Below are positions 28,741-37,792 of a stretch of DNA of 64,000 nt, piece by piece. Each line of letters starts with the position of its first letter. Positions within the stretch are counted from its first letter, which is position 1. The notes under the pieces were generated by a model, which did no database searches, had not been told where the DNA came from, and saw only the letters and a list, made by a program, of their open reading frames with translations. A program made the position numbers and the translations under genes. This DNA comes from Parcubacteria group bacterium (GTDB lineage: Bacteria; Patescibacteriota; Minisyncoccia; Moranbacterales; UBA2206). The stretch is from NCBI GenBank assembly GCA_041664225.1, contig JBAYLE010000004.1, positions 10,640 through 74,639 of the forward strand. The letters run 5' to 3'.

Positions 28741-28959
28741 ATGTTTAGTAAAAAAGATTTTCAGCCGATAATAAAATATCTGAAACCATACAAAAAAGCT
28801 GTTCGCGTGGTAGTCGCCTTTTTGATTTTGGAGCACGCCACCTATTTGGTTTTGCCCTTGATTTATGGAAAGATTGTGGAATCTGGCGACCACGTCGAAC
28901 TGCTCCAGCACGGCGGTGTATATCAGAAGCTAAGCGAATTGCAAAAGATAAGCGTTTAA
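28741..28959 (+). pseudogene. Remnant of an ABC exporter gene (N-terminal ~45 aa joined to C-terminal ~30 aa)
   Basis: MFSKKDFQPIIKYLKPYKKAVRVVVAFLILEH…PLIYGKIV (typical ABC permease N-terminus) abruptly followed by ESGDHVELLQHGGVYQKLSELQ (typical ABC ATPase C-terminus). Confidence 0.5.
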
Positions 28960-28964
28960 AATAT

Positions 28965-28993
28965 TTGACATTTTTTGACTCATTTGCTATGAT
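28965..28993 (+). promoter_or_regulatory. Promoter TTGACA-17-TATGAT
   Basis: TTGACA 28965-28970, TATGAT 28988-28993. Confidence 0.55.
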
Positions 28994-29003
28994 TTAGTCA
29001 GAT

Positions 29004-29096
29004 ATGAAAGGAAAACAATTTGTAAAAATTAATGTTGCAGGTCTCTTGCTACTCCTACTCGAAAATAGGATGGCAAGTTTTGTTTCTCAAAAATAA
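29004..29096 (+). CDS. 30-aa leader-like peptide with six consecutive Leu codons (MKGKQFVKINVAGLLLLLLENRMASFVSQK)
   Basis: Starts 11 nt after the -10; followed by alternative pairing segments and a terminator; no obvious SD. Confidence 0.3.
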   Translation: MKGKQFVKINVAGLLLLLLENRMASFVSQK

Positions 29097-29124
29097 TAAT
29101 TTAAGATAGGGAGTGAACGGCGAG

Positions 29125-29147
29125 CCATCCTAGAAGATGGTTTTTTT
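29125..29147 (+). terminator. Intrinsic terminator ccatc-ctagaa-gatgg + T7
   Basis: 5' arm (gccatcct) can alternatively pair with aggatggc at 29072-29079. Confidence 0.65.
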
Positions 29148-29203
29148 GTTGTTTAACAATTCAATCCACTGGATCATAGATTCAGCTAAATAAAGGAGGG
29201 GTT

Positions 29204-29413
29204 ATGGTTGAAAAAAGAGCAAATAGAAAGTGTAATCGTCTTTATCGTAGCAGCCGTTGTAAGAAGAAGCAGGATAATGAGTTCTGTTCCGGAAATGATG
29301 ATTATTGTCCATCCAGGGATGGACTCCGCGGGGAAAAAGATTTTGTCGGTGAATTTCATTTTATTCCCAAAAGTAGCGCGCCAATAAGGCAGCCGAATGC
29401 CGATGCCGCTTGA
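29204..29413 (+). CDS. Small basic Cys-rich protein (69 aa), unknown function
   Basis: Excellent SD AGGAGG 6 nt before ATG; four Cys (possible zinc ribbon). Confidence 0.35.
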   Translation: MVEKRANRKCNRLYRSSRCKKKQDNEFCSGNDDYCPSRDGLRGEKDFVGEFHFIPKSSAPIRQPNADAA

Positions 29414-29455
29414 TCTTTTCTGAAGGGTTGTCCAAACGGGCAATCCTTTTTTAAT

Positions 29456-29483
29456 TTGACAAAAAACAACATTATGCTAGACT
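29456..29483 (+). promoter_or_regulatory. Promoter-like TTGACA-16-TAGACT
   Basis: TTGACA 29456-29461. Confidence 0.35.
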
Positions 29484-29615
29484 AGAAATAATAAATAAAC
29501 ACATGAGTAGTTTTAATTACAAACAACAGCATTGGCTTCGCCGTCGTTCTGATGAAATAGGCTGTTTTTTTGTGTTTGAAATACGTTATTAAATAACTTC
29601 ATTATACGCAGACAA

Positions 29616-29645
29616 AAACAGCTTGTTTCACAAGCTGTTTTTAAA
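29616..29645 (+). terminator. Intrinsic terminator acagcttg-tttca-caagctgt + TTTTAAATT
   Basis: Perfect 8-bp stem. Confidence 0.75.
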
Positions 29646-29823
29646 TTCACAAAAAATACTATGATTAAAAATACGCCAAAATTAAACCATTGGGGACGCA
29701 GGAATTTCGATTCGAAGATCGGTGTATTTTTGCGTTTTGTTTTGCAGTAAGAGGCTTCAATAAAACATGACAATAGACCGGTCTTAGACCGGACTATTTT
29801 TGTACCTTGAAAGGAGGACCGTC

Positions 29824-30633
29824 ATGGTTATCGGCGATTATGGTTCGTGGGTAGTGGAGAGTGAAAAAGCGTATCTCAAGGCTGATCCTGAAGTTGCAAT
29901 CAGTCTTTGCCCAAGTGATGCGCAGGCAGTGTCAGAGGGCTGGTGGGGATATCCCACCTGCGAGAAAGACTTGGTTAGTGGCATCTGTATTTTTGATGCC
30001 AGGTGGGCGCTGGAATTTGATAACGGGAAAGAAGCGGGAACGAGAAAATCTCTTTCTCTTCCGCGAGAAAGAGAAAAAGCGTTCAAGATGATGGAAAAGG
30101 GGCGTAAGATAAAAAATCTTTATGTTCCTACGGAACTTAGCGCCTATCATCTAAAGTTGCTCCAATGGCAAGTGAAAAAAATTTGCCAGCTTTCTCCGAA
30201 GAGAATACTCTATCATCTGCCAGTGGGTGAGTACGAAATCTTTATTCAGGAGCTTGAGACAGCGGCGGGAATAGATTTGCCTTGGCTGTATGTCCGCCTG
30301 GAAGAAATCTCCGAGAAAATAAAAAATTATTTTCTTGAAAACCTCACTCGGCAAGGCGTCGATGCAGGCAAAGTTGAGTTTATAAGGCCGCTTGAAATGG
30401 GGGCGCAGAGCACGGATGATTCATTCGGTTATCCATACTTGTTCCCGTACAAATTTGGGATGTCGCCGGAAAGTATGATGGGATTAGAGGACTTAGTTGA
30501 GCTCAGGATATTACTGAGGGCGAAAATGGAGATGAATTATGACATCCCGGTTCTTTGCGCGGTGTTGGAGGTTCCGCATCCATATCTGATTAGGGAGGAT
30601 AATGGCGGCGGGGTCATAACCGTGGAAAACTAA
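29824..30633 (+). CDS. Hypothetical protein (269 aa), no recognisable family; locally G+C-richer
   Basis: SD AGGAGG 6 nt upstream of ATG at 29824 (ORF-track start 29800 less likely). Confidence 0.7.
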   Translation: MVIGDYGSWVVESEKAYLKADPEVAISLCPSDAQAVSEGWWGYPTCEKDLVSGICIFDARWALEFDNGKEAGTRKSLSLPREREKAFKMMEKGRKIKNLYVPTELSAYHLKLLQWQVKKICQLSPKRILYHLPVGEYEIFIQELETAAGIDLPWLYVRLEEISEKIKNYFLENLTRQGVDAGKVEFIRPLEMGAQSTDDSFGYPYLFPYKFGMSPESMMGLEDLVELRILLRAKMEMNYDIPVLCAVLEVPHPYLIREDNGGGVITVEN

Positions 30634-30637
30634 GCTT

Positions 30638-30672
30638 GGCGGAGGATTTTAACAAAAATCCTCCGGCCACTT
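30638..30672 (+). terminator. Hairpin cggaggatttt-aac-aaaatcctccg with weak T-run
   Basis: 11-bp perfect stem. Confidence 0.5.
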
Positions 30673-30719
30673 TTGAAAATCACTTAATTTTGATAACATA
30701 ATAATTAATTGCAAAAAGT

Positions 30720-31760
30720 ATGTTAGAAATCACAAATAAAAATTTTAAAATTTATCTGCAAGGAAGCATCTTCTTGGCTACGGGAGGCGGGCTGCCCTTT
30801 TCTGTCAGTCAAAAAATTTTTAAATTTATATTCAGCCGAAAAAAATCGATAAAGATCCTTGACTTGGATGAAATTTCCCCAAATGGTTATCTGGCGTCTG
30901 TTTATGGAGTAGGCGATCCGTCAAAGGCCGATTCAGTTAAGGAATCAGCATTAGTGAAAACGGCTCTGAAGAAATTTAAAAAGCTGACCGGTATAAACAT
31001 TGCTGGGGTGATTCCCGGAGAAATCGGCGCGGAAGTTTCTTCTTTTTTAGCCGCTAGTTTTTTGAATTTGCCCGTGGTCGACTCCGATCTAGTAGGAGGC
31101 AGAGCGGCTCCCGAGATACAAATGGATGTTTTTTCAATAGCCGGCCTGAAAATAACGCCAGTAATGGGCTTTTCTTCCAATAGCAAAAGCATCTTGCTGG
31201 AAAAAAATATCAGCGCGAACGAAATCGAAAAAACGTTACGCCCTTTTTTTGGAAAAAATGGCGGGAGCGGCATAATCATCGGCTATTTGGTGAAAAATTC
31301 CGTATATGGCAAATTCGGTATGCGGGACACTCTGTCGTTGGCTTTAAAAATCGGAAATATTTTGGAAAAAAAAGACATCGCAGAGCTTAAGCGAATAACA
31401 AAATGTAAAAAAATTATTAAAGAAAAAATCATCAGAACAAACTTAAAAAGTAGCAGCGGTTTTTTGCAGGGGAAAGTAATTTTTGAAAATCATGAGATTT
31501 TGGTGAAAAATGAAAATATCTTGCTTATCAGAAAAAACAAAAAAATAGCCGAAGCGCCAGAACTTATAATTATAATGGATGAAAATTTGAAGCCGATCCA
31601 TAATACCGAGATTGGGGAAAAGGTGGGCAAAAAAGTTCTTATTGTCGTTTTACCCGCGATGGGTTATTGGAAAAGTAGGAAGGGCTCCCAGCTGTGGGAA
31701 GCAACTGTAAAAAATTTGGCAAATAGGGCGATTTATAATAAACTAACTGTATTAAGATAA
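30720..31760 (+). CDS. Hypothetical protein, DUF917 / hydantoinase-like (S-Me-THD-like) family suspected
   Basis: LATGGGLPF and VVDSDLVGGRAAPE motifs recall the family; from memory only. Confidence 0.45.
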   Translation: MLEITNKNFKIYLQGSIFLATGGGLPFSVSQKIFKFIFSRKKSIKILDLDEISPNGYLASVYGVGDPSKADSVKESALVKTALKKFKKLTGINIAGVIPGEIGAEVSSFLAASFLNLPVVDSDLVGGRAAPEIQMDVFSIAGLKITPVMGFSSNSKSILLEKNISANEIEKTLRPFFGKNGGSGIIIGYLVKNSVYGKFGMRDTLSLALKIGNILEKKDIAELKRITKCKKIIKEKIIRTNLKSSSGFLQGKVIFENHEILVKNENILLIRKNKKIAEAPELIIIMDENLKPIHNTEIGEKVGKKVLIVVLPAMGYWKSRKGSQLWEATVKNLANRAIYNKLTVLR

Positions 31761-31764
31761 ACCT

Positions 31765-32994
31765 ATGAAACAATCGCAACTTTTTACCAAGACTCAAAAA
31801 GACGCGCCGAAGGACGAGGTGAGCGTGAACGCGCAACTTTTGATCCGGGCCGGCTTTGTGGACAAACTCATGGCGGGAGTTTACACATTTTTGCCGTTGG
31901 GGCTCCGCGTCATGAAAAAGATTGAAAATATCATCCGCGAAGAAATTAACGCGATCGGCGGACAAGAAATTTTTATGCCAACCTTGCAACCGAAGGAAAA
32001 CTGGCTGAAAACCGGGCGCTGGGACACGATGGATGATTTGTATAAGGTGAAAGACGCGAGTGGCAAAGAATTCGCGCTCGGGCCGACGCACGAAGAAATC
32101 GTGGTGCCTTTGGCGCAAAAATATATCAATTCCTACCGAGACTTTCCGTTTTATGCCTATCAATTCCAAAATAAATTTCGGATGGAACTACGCGCGAAAT
32201 CCGGCATCTTGCGCGGGCGGGAATTTATGATGAAAGATTTATATTCTTTCCATTTGAGCGAAGATGATTTTAACGCATATTACGAAAAAGCGGCCAAAGC
32301 TTATGAAAAGATTTTTCAGAGAACAGGGATTGGCGAAAAAACTTACAAGACTTTTGCTTCGGGTGGATCTTTTTCCAAGTATTCGCACGAATACCAAACG
32401 GTGACGCCGGCCGGTGAAGACCTGATTCATATCTGTAACCAGTGCGGACTGGCGATCAATGAGGAGATAAAAGGCGAGGTTGATGTTTGTCCGAGCTGCA
32501 AGGGCGCGGATTTCCGCAAAGAAAAAGCCATTGAGGTGGGAAATATTTTTAATTTGAAAAACAAATATACCCAGCCGTTCGATTTCAAAATAAAAGACGA
32601 AAAAGGCGAGGAAAAAGAAGTGATCATGGGTTGTTATGGTCTGGGACTCTCGCGGCTCATGGGAACAATCGTGGAAGTTTTTCACGACGATAAAGGCATT
32701 ATCTGGCCGGAATCGGTCGCGCCTTTCAAAGTGCATTTGATCAGTTTGGGCAAAAACGACGAGGCAGAAAAAATTTATAACGACCTAATAAAAAAGAGCG
32801 TGGAAGTTTTGTTTGATGACCGAGAGGAAACAGCTGGCAAGAAATTTGCTGACAGCGATCTCATTGGCATTCCGTACCGCATTGTTGTGAGCGAAAAATC
32901 ATTGCAATCTGGTGGCGTAGAAATTAAAAAAAGAAACCAAAAAGAGACTGAAATTATAAACCAAAATAGTATTATTGAAAAATTGAATGCCTAA
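31765..32994 (+). CDS. proS: Proline--tRNA ligase, compact bacterial type without INS editing domain, with zinc-ribbon insert
   Basis: LLIRAGFVDKLMAGVYTFLPLGLRV, motif 2 REFMMKDLYSFH, CNQCG…CPSCKG, C-terminal anticodon-binding domain. Confidence 0.85.
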   Translation: MKQSQLFTKTQKDAPKDEVSVNAQLLIRAGFVDKLMAGVYTFLPLGLRVMKKIENIIREEINAIGGQEIFMPTLQPKENWLKTGRWDTMDDLYKVKDASGKEFALGPTHEEIVVPLAQKYINSYRDFPFYAYQFQNKFRMELRAKSGILRGREFMMKDLYSFHLSEDDFNAYYEKAAKAYEKIFQRTGIGEKTYKTFASGGSFSKYSHEYQTVTPAGEDLIHICNQCGLAINEEIKGEVDVCPSCKGADFRKEKAIEVGNIFNLKNKYTQPFDFKIKDEKGEEKEVIMGCYGLGLSRLMGTIVEVFHDDKGIIWPESVAPFKVHLISLGKNDEAEKIYNDLIKKSVEVLFDDREETAGKKFADSDLIGIPYRIVVSEKSLQSGGVEIKKRNQKETEIINQNSIIEKLNA

Positions 32995-33301
32995 GACAAG
33001 CAGAATCAAATATTTGTTGGGGCTCATCATATTAATTTTTCCCGCGGTCGTTCTCGCGGCCACGGAACATCCTTTAGTTGATATTTTGACCAAAATCCTG
33101 AGCTGGCTCTTGGGAATTTTTGGTTCATTAGGGCTGATTGGTTTTGTGGTTTCGGGCATATTGTATCTCACAGCGGCGGGTGACCAAGAGCGGATCGAAA
33201 GGGCAAAAAAATCTTTCACTTATTCTATCTTGGGTGTGCTCATCGGGCTGATGGGCATAATCATTATAAAGGTTATCGAAGCGAGGTTGTCTGGGCAATA
33301 A
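32987..33301 (+). CDS. Small membrane protein (signal peptide + two hydrophobic helices; VirB2/TrbC-pilin-like topology)
   Basis: Topology only. Confidence 0.5.
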   Translation: MPKTSRIKYLLGLIILIFPAVVLAATEHPLVDILTKILSWLLGIFGSLGLIGFVVSGILYLTAAGDQERIERAKKSFTYSILGVLIGLMGIIIIKVIEARLSGQ

Positions 33302-33334
33302 AAATCGCAAAAATAATATCGTAAATTTTCAGAT

Positions 33335-34207
33335 ATGCAAATTACTTTAAGCAAATATGCCGGGTTTTGCGATGGCGTGGACCGGGCCTACAAAATGGTC
33401 AAAAAAATTGCAGCAGACCCTAAGGTCAAAAAACCTATATATGTTTTGGGTTTGCTGGTTCACAATCGGGATGTGGTTGAGAGCGTCGAAAAACTAGGCG
33501 TGAAAAAAATCCGTGTTGGCAAGGATCTGTTTAGAATTTTGGATTCAATGCAAAACAAAATTGGCACACTAGTTGTTACGGCACACGGCATGGGGCCGAA
33601 AATTTATGCCTATGCGGCCAAGAAAGGCATTGATATGGTGGACACTACTTGCCCGAAAGTTGTGCGGGCGCAAAGATTGGCCAAAATTTTCAAAGATAAG
33701 AATTATCAAATTGTCATCATCGGCGAAAAAGAGCACAAGGAAGTTAAAGGTGTTTGTGAATGGGCCGACAACAAGGCGTTTTTCGTGCAGAAAAAAGCCG
33801 ATCTCAAAAGATTGAAGCTGGATCCGCGGAAAAAAATCGCGGTGATTTCGCAAACCACGCAGAATCAAGAATTTGTGAAGCGCGCTTGGGAATTCATGCA
33901 CAGTAATTATCCACAGGTGGAAGTCGTGGATACGATCTGCTTAGCAACTCACAATCGTCAGGACGAGGCGCGCCAAAAAGCTTCTCAAAATGACGTTGTG
34001 ATTGTGATTGGTTCGCCTGAAAGCGCTAACTCAAATCAGCTTTGGGAAATTGCCAGCGGAATAAATTCGAAGTCATATTTTATCGAGAGCGCGAAACAAC
34101 TCAAAAAAACTTGGTTTAAAGGGGCTAAAAAGGTCTGGGTGACTGCTGGAGCTTCCACGCCGGATTGGATAATCAGCGGAGTGATCGGGATATTGAAAAA
34201 AATGTGA
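33335..34207 (+). CDS. ispH: 4-hydroxy-3-methylbut-2-enyl diphosphate reductase
   Basis: GFCDGVDRA N-terminal signature, conserved Cys positions. Confidence 0.9.
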   Translation: MQITLSKYAGFCDGVDRAYKMVKKIAADPKVKKPIYVLGLLVHNRDVVESVEKLGVKKIRVGKDLFRILDSMQNKIGTLVVTAHGMGPKIYAYAAKKGIDMVDTTCPKVVRAQRLAKIFKDKNYQIVIIGEKEHKEVKGVCEWADNKAFFVQKKADLKRLKLDPRKKIAVISQTTQNQEFVKRAWEFMHSNYPQVEVVDTICLATHNRQDEARQKASQNDVVIVIGSPESANSNQLWEIASGINSKSYFIESAKQLKKTWFKGAKKVWVTAGASTPDWIISGVIGILKKM

Positions 34208-34284
34208 CGGATTTGTTTTTTTTGCATATTTACGCTATAATTCAGTCATAATAAGACCCATATATTTTTGGGGGAGTTAAAGAT

Positions 34285-35082
34285 ATGACCAAACTTATTC
34301 TTGTTGAAGATGATCCGATGATCTCTGAGATTTATCAGAAAAAGTTTATTGATGCCGGTTTCGAAGTTTTTCTGGCGGAATCAGGAGAACAAGCCATAAA
34401 TATCGCCAAAAAAGAAACGGTGGACGCGGTGATCACTGATTTGATTATGCCCAAAATGGATGGTTTCGAATTGATTAAAAATTTACGGAGCGGCGATTTC
34501 GATCCTAGCATAAAAATAATCGTTTCCAGCAATCTGAGCCAAAAAGATGATCGTGATAAGGCTCTGCATTTGGGGGCGAATGGATTTTTAGCCAAATCTG
34601 ATTTTAGCCCGAGCGAGCTGGTGGCTGAAGTAAAAAGGTTGCTTGACCAATATCGTGAGCAGCAAAAAAATCTTGCCAAGCAGGAGAAGGCTCCCGATGA
34701 AATTGCCAGAAAAGGAGCCAAGCGGATTTTGATGATTGAGGACGAGGAGATAATTATCGAAATGTTTGTGGACAAACTTGAGCAGGAAGGTTTTGCGGTT
34801 TCGATTGCAAGAAATGGCGCCTGGGGAGTAAAGGAAGCGATGAAAGAAAATTTTGATTTGTTTATCATTGACATGGTGATGCCGGCGATGACGGGCGAGG
34901 AAATGATCGCCAAATTAAAAATGGAAGAAAAGACCAAAAATATTCCCATCATTGCTTTCTCAGCTTCCGTAGAAAATGAAATTATGCGGAGAGTTGAGGA
35001 AATGGGCGTACAAGCTTTTTATCAAAAAACGCAAATAACACCGAGCGAATTGGTAAACAAAGTTGAGGAGTTATTGAAATAA
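34285..35082 (+). CDS. Response regulator with two tandem receiver domains, no output domain
   Basis: LILVEDDPMI…DAVITDLIMPKMDGFEL and ILMIEDEEII…DLFIIDMVMPAMTGEEM. Confidence 0.85.
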   Translation: MTKLILVEDDPMISEIYQKKFIDAGFEVFLAESGEQAINIAKKETVDAVITDLIMPKMDGFELIKNLRSGDFDPSIKIIVSSNLSQKDDRDKALHLGANGFLAKSDFSPSELVAEVKRLLDQYREQQKNLAKQEKAPDEIARKGAKRILMIEDEEIIIEMFVDKLEQEGFAVSIARNGAWGVKEAMKENFDLFIIDMVMPAMTGEEMIAKLKMEEKTKNIPIIAFSASVENEIMRRVEEMGVQAFYQKTQITPSELVNKVEELLK

Positions 35083-35124
35083 TTTCATCCAGTTAAATAA
35101 TTTTCACCCCGTTAAATAATTTTT

Positions 35125-36444
35125 ATGGAAAGAAAATTAGTCAGCGAAACGCCGGAATTGGTCGGCCAAACTGTAAAATTGGCAGGCTGGGTCAATGTTC
35201 GCCGCGATCATGGCAAGCTTATTTTTATCGATTTGCGCGACCGGAGCGGCATGATCCAGATGGTAATTATTCCTGATAAAGAAGAAGCATACAAAATCGC
35301 GAAAGAAGTCCGCAGTGAGTTTGTGATTGAGATCGAAGGGTTGGTAAAGCAAAGACCAGGCGGTGCGGCGAAAGCCGGGATGGCTACCGGCGGGGTGGAG
35401 ATTGAAGTGGAAAAAATGAACGTTTTAGCCAAGCCGGAAGGCGAATTGCCGGTGGATATTTCGGAAGATGATTTTAATCTGCATCTGGACACGCTTTTAG
35501 ATAATCGCGTGCTGACGCTTCGTAATGAAAAAGTAAAAGCAATTTTCCGCATCTATTCTGAAATCCTGAAGGACTATGCTGATTTCATGAAACGGGAGGG
35601 ATTTACAGAAATAAAAACGCCGAAAATTTTAAGCGCGGCGACAGAGGGCGGGGCTAATTTTTTCAAAATAAAATATTTTGAGCGGGAAGCCTATCTAGCT
35701 CAGAGCCCGCAATTTTACAAGCAGGCAGGCGTGGGCGTCTTTGAAAGAGTGTTTGAGATCGGTTCGGTTTTTCGGGCGGAACCGCACTATACGACGCGGC
35801 ATGTCAATGAATATATCGGTATGGATGCGGAAATGGGGTTTATCAACAGTTTTGAAGACGTGATGGACGAGCTGGAAAAAACAATGGCGTATATTATGGA
35901 ATCAATAGTCAGGGATTGCGCCAAGGATCTGGAAAGATACAAAGTCGAAATTTTGCCGGTCGCCGCAATTCCGCGGATAAAGCTGACGGAAGCATTGGAA
36001 ATTTTAGACAAAGAGTTCGGTAAAAAAATGGATGCGATTGATATTGATGCCGAAGGAGAAAGAATGATCGGGGAATGGGCGTTGAAAGAACATGGCAGTG
36101 AATTTGTCTTTCTCACACATTATCCAGCCAATATCCGGCCCTTTTACTCGATGCCGAGCGCCGATCCGCAATATACGGAAACTTTTGATCTTATATACAA
36201 AGGTGTCGAGATTGCGAGCGGTGGGCAGAGAATTCATGATTATCATCAGCTCGTGGCAAATATTAAAAAGCACAAACTGAAACCGGAGGATTTTGAACAT
36301 TATCTGGATATTTTCAAATACGGCATGCCGCCGCACGGCGGCTGGGGTCTGGGTTCGGAAAGAATCGTCCAGAGAATGCTTGGGCTTAAAAGCATCAAGG
36401 AAGCCATTCTTTTTCCGCGCGATGTAAAAAGGTTGACGCCATAG
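35125..36444 (+). CDS. aspS: Aspartate--tRNA ligase, short archaeal/class IIb type
   Basis: LAQSPQFYKQ, motif 3 GMPPHGGWGLGSERIVQ; 439 aa without bacterial GAD insertion. Confidence 0.85.
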   Translation: MERKLVSETPELVGQTVKLAGWVNVRRDHGKLIFIDLRDRSGMIQMVIIPDKEEAYKIAKEVRSEFVIEIEGLVKQRPGGAAKAGMATGGVEIEVEKMNVLAKPEGELPVDISEDDFNLHLDTLLDNRVLTLRNEKVKAIFRIYSEILKDYADFMKREGFTEIKTPKILSAATEGGANFFKIKYFEREAYLAQSPQFYKQAGVGVFERVFEIGSVFRAEPHYTTRHVNEYIGMDAEMGFINSFEDVMDELEKTMAYIMESIVRDCAKDLERYKVEILPVAAIPRIKLTEALEILDKEFGKKMDAIDIDAEGERMIGEWALKEHGSEFVFLTHYPANIRPFYSMPSADPQYTETFDLIYKGVEIASGGQRIHDYHQLVANIKKHKLKPEDFEHYLDIFKYGMPPHGGWGLGSERIVQRMLGLKSIKEAILFPRDVKRLTP

Positions 36445-36496
36445 ATAGTTTTCAGTTTTTAGTAAAAAAACGATACCAATTCTAACAAATACAAAA

Positions 36497-37708
36497 ATGA
36501 AAAAACATGATGAAAAACTGGATGAGAACCGGATCAAGCTGGTGACCTTCATCACCTTTCTGATGGGTTTCGCGCAGGCCATTTTGGCGTACATCATGTC
36601 ATCCTATTTCAAGCTGGCGGCAGGTACCGAAAATGTTGGGCTATTTTATGCTGTCGCCTACATAATATTTTTGGTAATTCTCTTGAATTTGCACAAATTT
36701 GTCAGAACATTGGGCAAAGCCAATGTTTTTTATTTTGCGCTGCTGGCAAAAATAATCGTGATTGTTGGTTTGATTTTTACTAATCCTTCGAAAGTCGGCA
36801 TTTTTTTGCTGGTATTGTATATCATTCTAGGCAGCATAGAGTGGGTGGCGCTTGACGTTATCATCGAAGGTTTTTCGACTGACCGGATGTCTGGGCGCAT
36901 TCGCGGAATGCATCTGACTATATTAAACGCCGGAATTCTATTTGGACCGTTCGTTTCGACTTATATTTTAGATCGGATGGATTTTCACGGCATTTTCGTT
37001 TTTTCCTTGATTTTTAACGCCTTCGTGTTTATTTTTGCCTTGATAAGCTTTCGCAATGTTAATCATCGCTTTGAACAAAAACTGAAAGTCGCGGACATTT
37101 TGAAAAAAGTTTTTGCCAGGAAAAACATCATGCGGGTATATTATATTTCTTTCGTGCTCGAATTTTTTTACGCGCTGATGATTATCTATACGCCGATTTA
37201 TTTGCGCAACATCGGTTTCTCTTGGGAAGAAATCGGATGGATTTTTACCGCGATGCTTATTCCGTTCGTGCTGATACAATATCCGATGGGAATTTTGGCT
37301 GACAAAAAAACCGGCGAGAAGGAGCTTTTAATTGTTTCTTTGCTATTGATGGGTTTTTCCACATTGGCCATTTACTTTATGGGTACAGGCAGTATTTTCA
37401 AATGGGCGGTAATTTTGTTTGTGACCAGGATCGGAGCGGCGCTGATTGAGATTTTGCGTGACTCGTATTTTTTCAAGCGAATCGATGAGCACGATGTGGA
37501 TGTGATTAATTTTTTCCGGACATCTGCGCCGGTGGCCGTTATCCTCGCAACTATTTTTTCATCCTTTGTGTTTTTCTTTCTGCCGGTGCAATATGCCTTT
37601 ATTCTGACCGGGCTTGTGGTTCTCTCGGCGCTTTATCCGGCTTGGAAGCTACAGGATAATCAGTGCGAAGCCGAAATTTTGGCTAAAGAAAGCATCAAAG
37701 AATGCTAA
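36497..37708 (+). CDS. MFS-type transporter (12 TM)
   Basis: Topology; two 6-TM halves. Confidence 0.65.
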   Translation: MKKHDEKLDENRIKLVTFITFLMGFAQAILAYIMSSYFKLAAGTENVGLFYAVAYIIFLVILLNLHKFVRTLGKANVFYFALLAKIIVIVGLIFTNPSKVGIFLLVLYIILGSIEWVALDVIIEGFSTDRMSGRIRGMHLTILNAGILFGPFVSTYILDRMDFHGIFVFSLIFNAFVFIFALISFRNVNHRFEQKLKVADILKKVFARKNIMRVYYISFVLEFFYALMIIYTPIYLRNIGFSWEEIGWIFTAMLIPFVLIQYPMGILADKKTGEKELLIVSLLLMGFSTLAIYFMGTGSIFKWAVILFVTRIGAALIEILRDSYFFKRIDEHDVDVINFFRTSAPVAVILATIFSSFVFFFLPVQYAFILTGLVVLSALYPAWKLQDNQCEAEILAKESIKEC

Positions 37709-37792
37709 TCAGCAAAAAACGGGGGCATTTTTTGTGTTTGAAAAAATCTTTTTTTAATGCTATTATGAATAAGTAAAAAATTATAAGAATTT

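Noticed and set aside
29186-29443. Minus-strand 85-aa ORF overlapping the Cys-rich small ORF
   Set aside because: Only a weak GGGA ribosome site. The + strand alternative has a textbook AGGAGG SD. Kept the + strand call (still low confidence).
34335-34952. Long antisense ORFs (e.g. 34335-34952, 36004-36597, 60766-61440, 31639-32169 on the minus strand)
   Set aside because: They lie entirely inside strongly supported + strand genes (receiver regulator, AspRS, LysRS, ProRS), have low-complexity Ser/Ile/Phe-rich translations and no SD. Typical shadow ORFs of AT-rich coding sequence.
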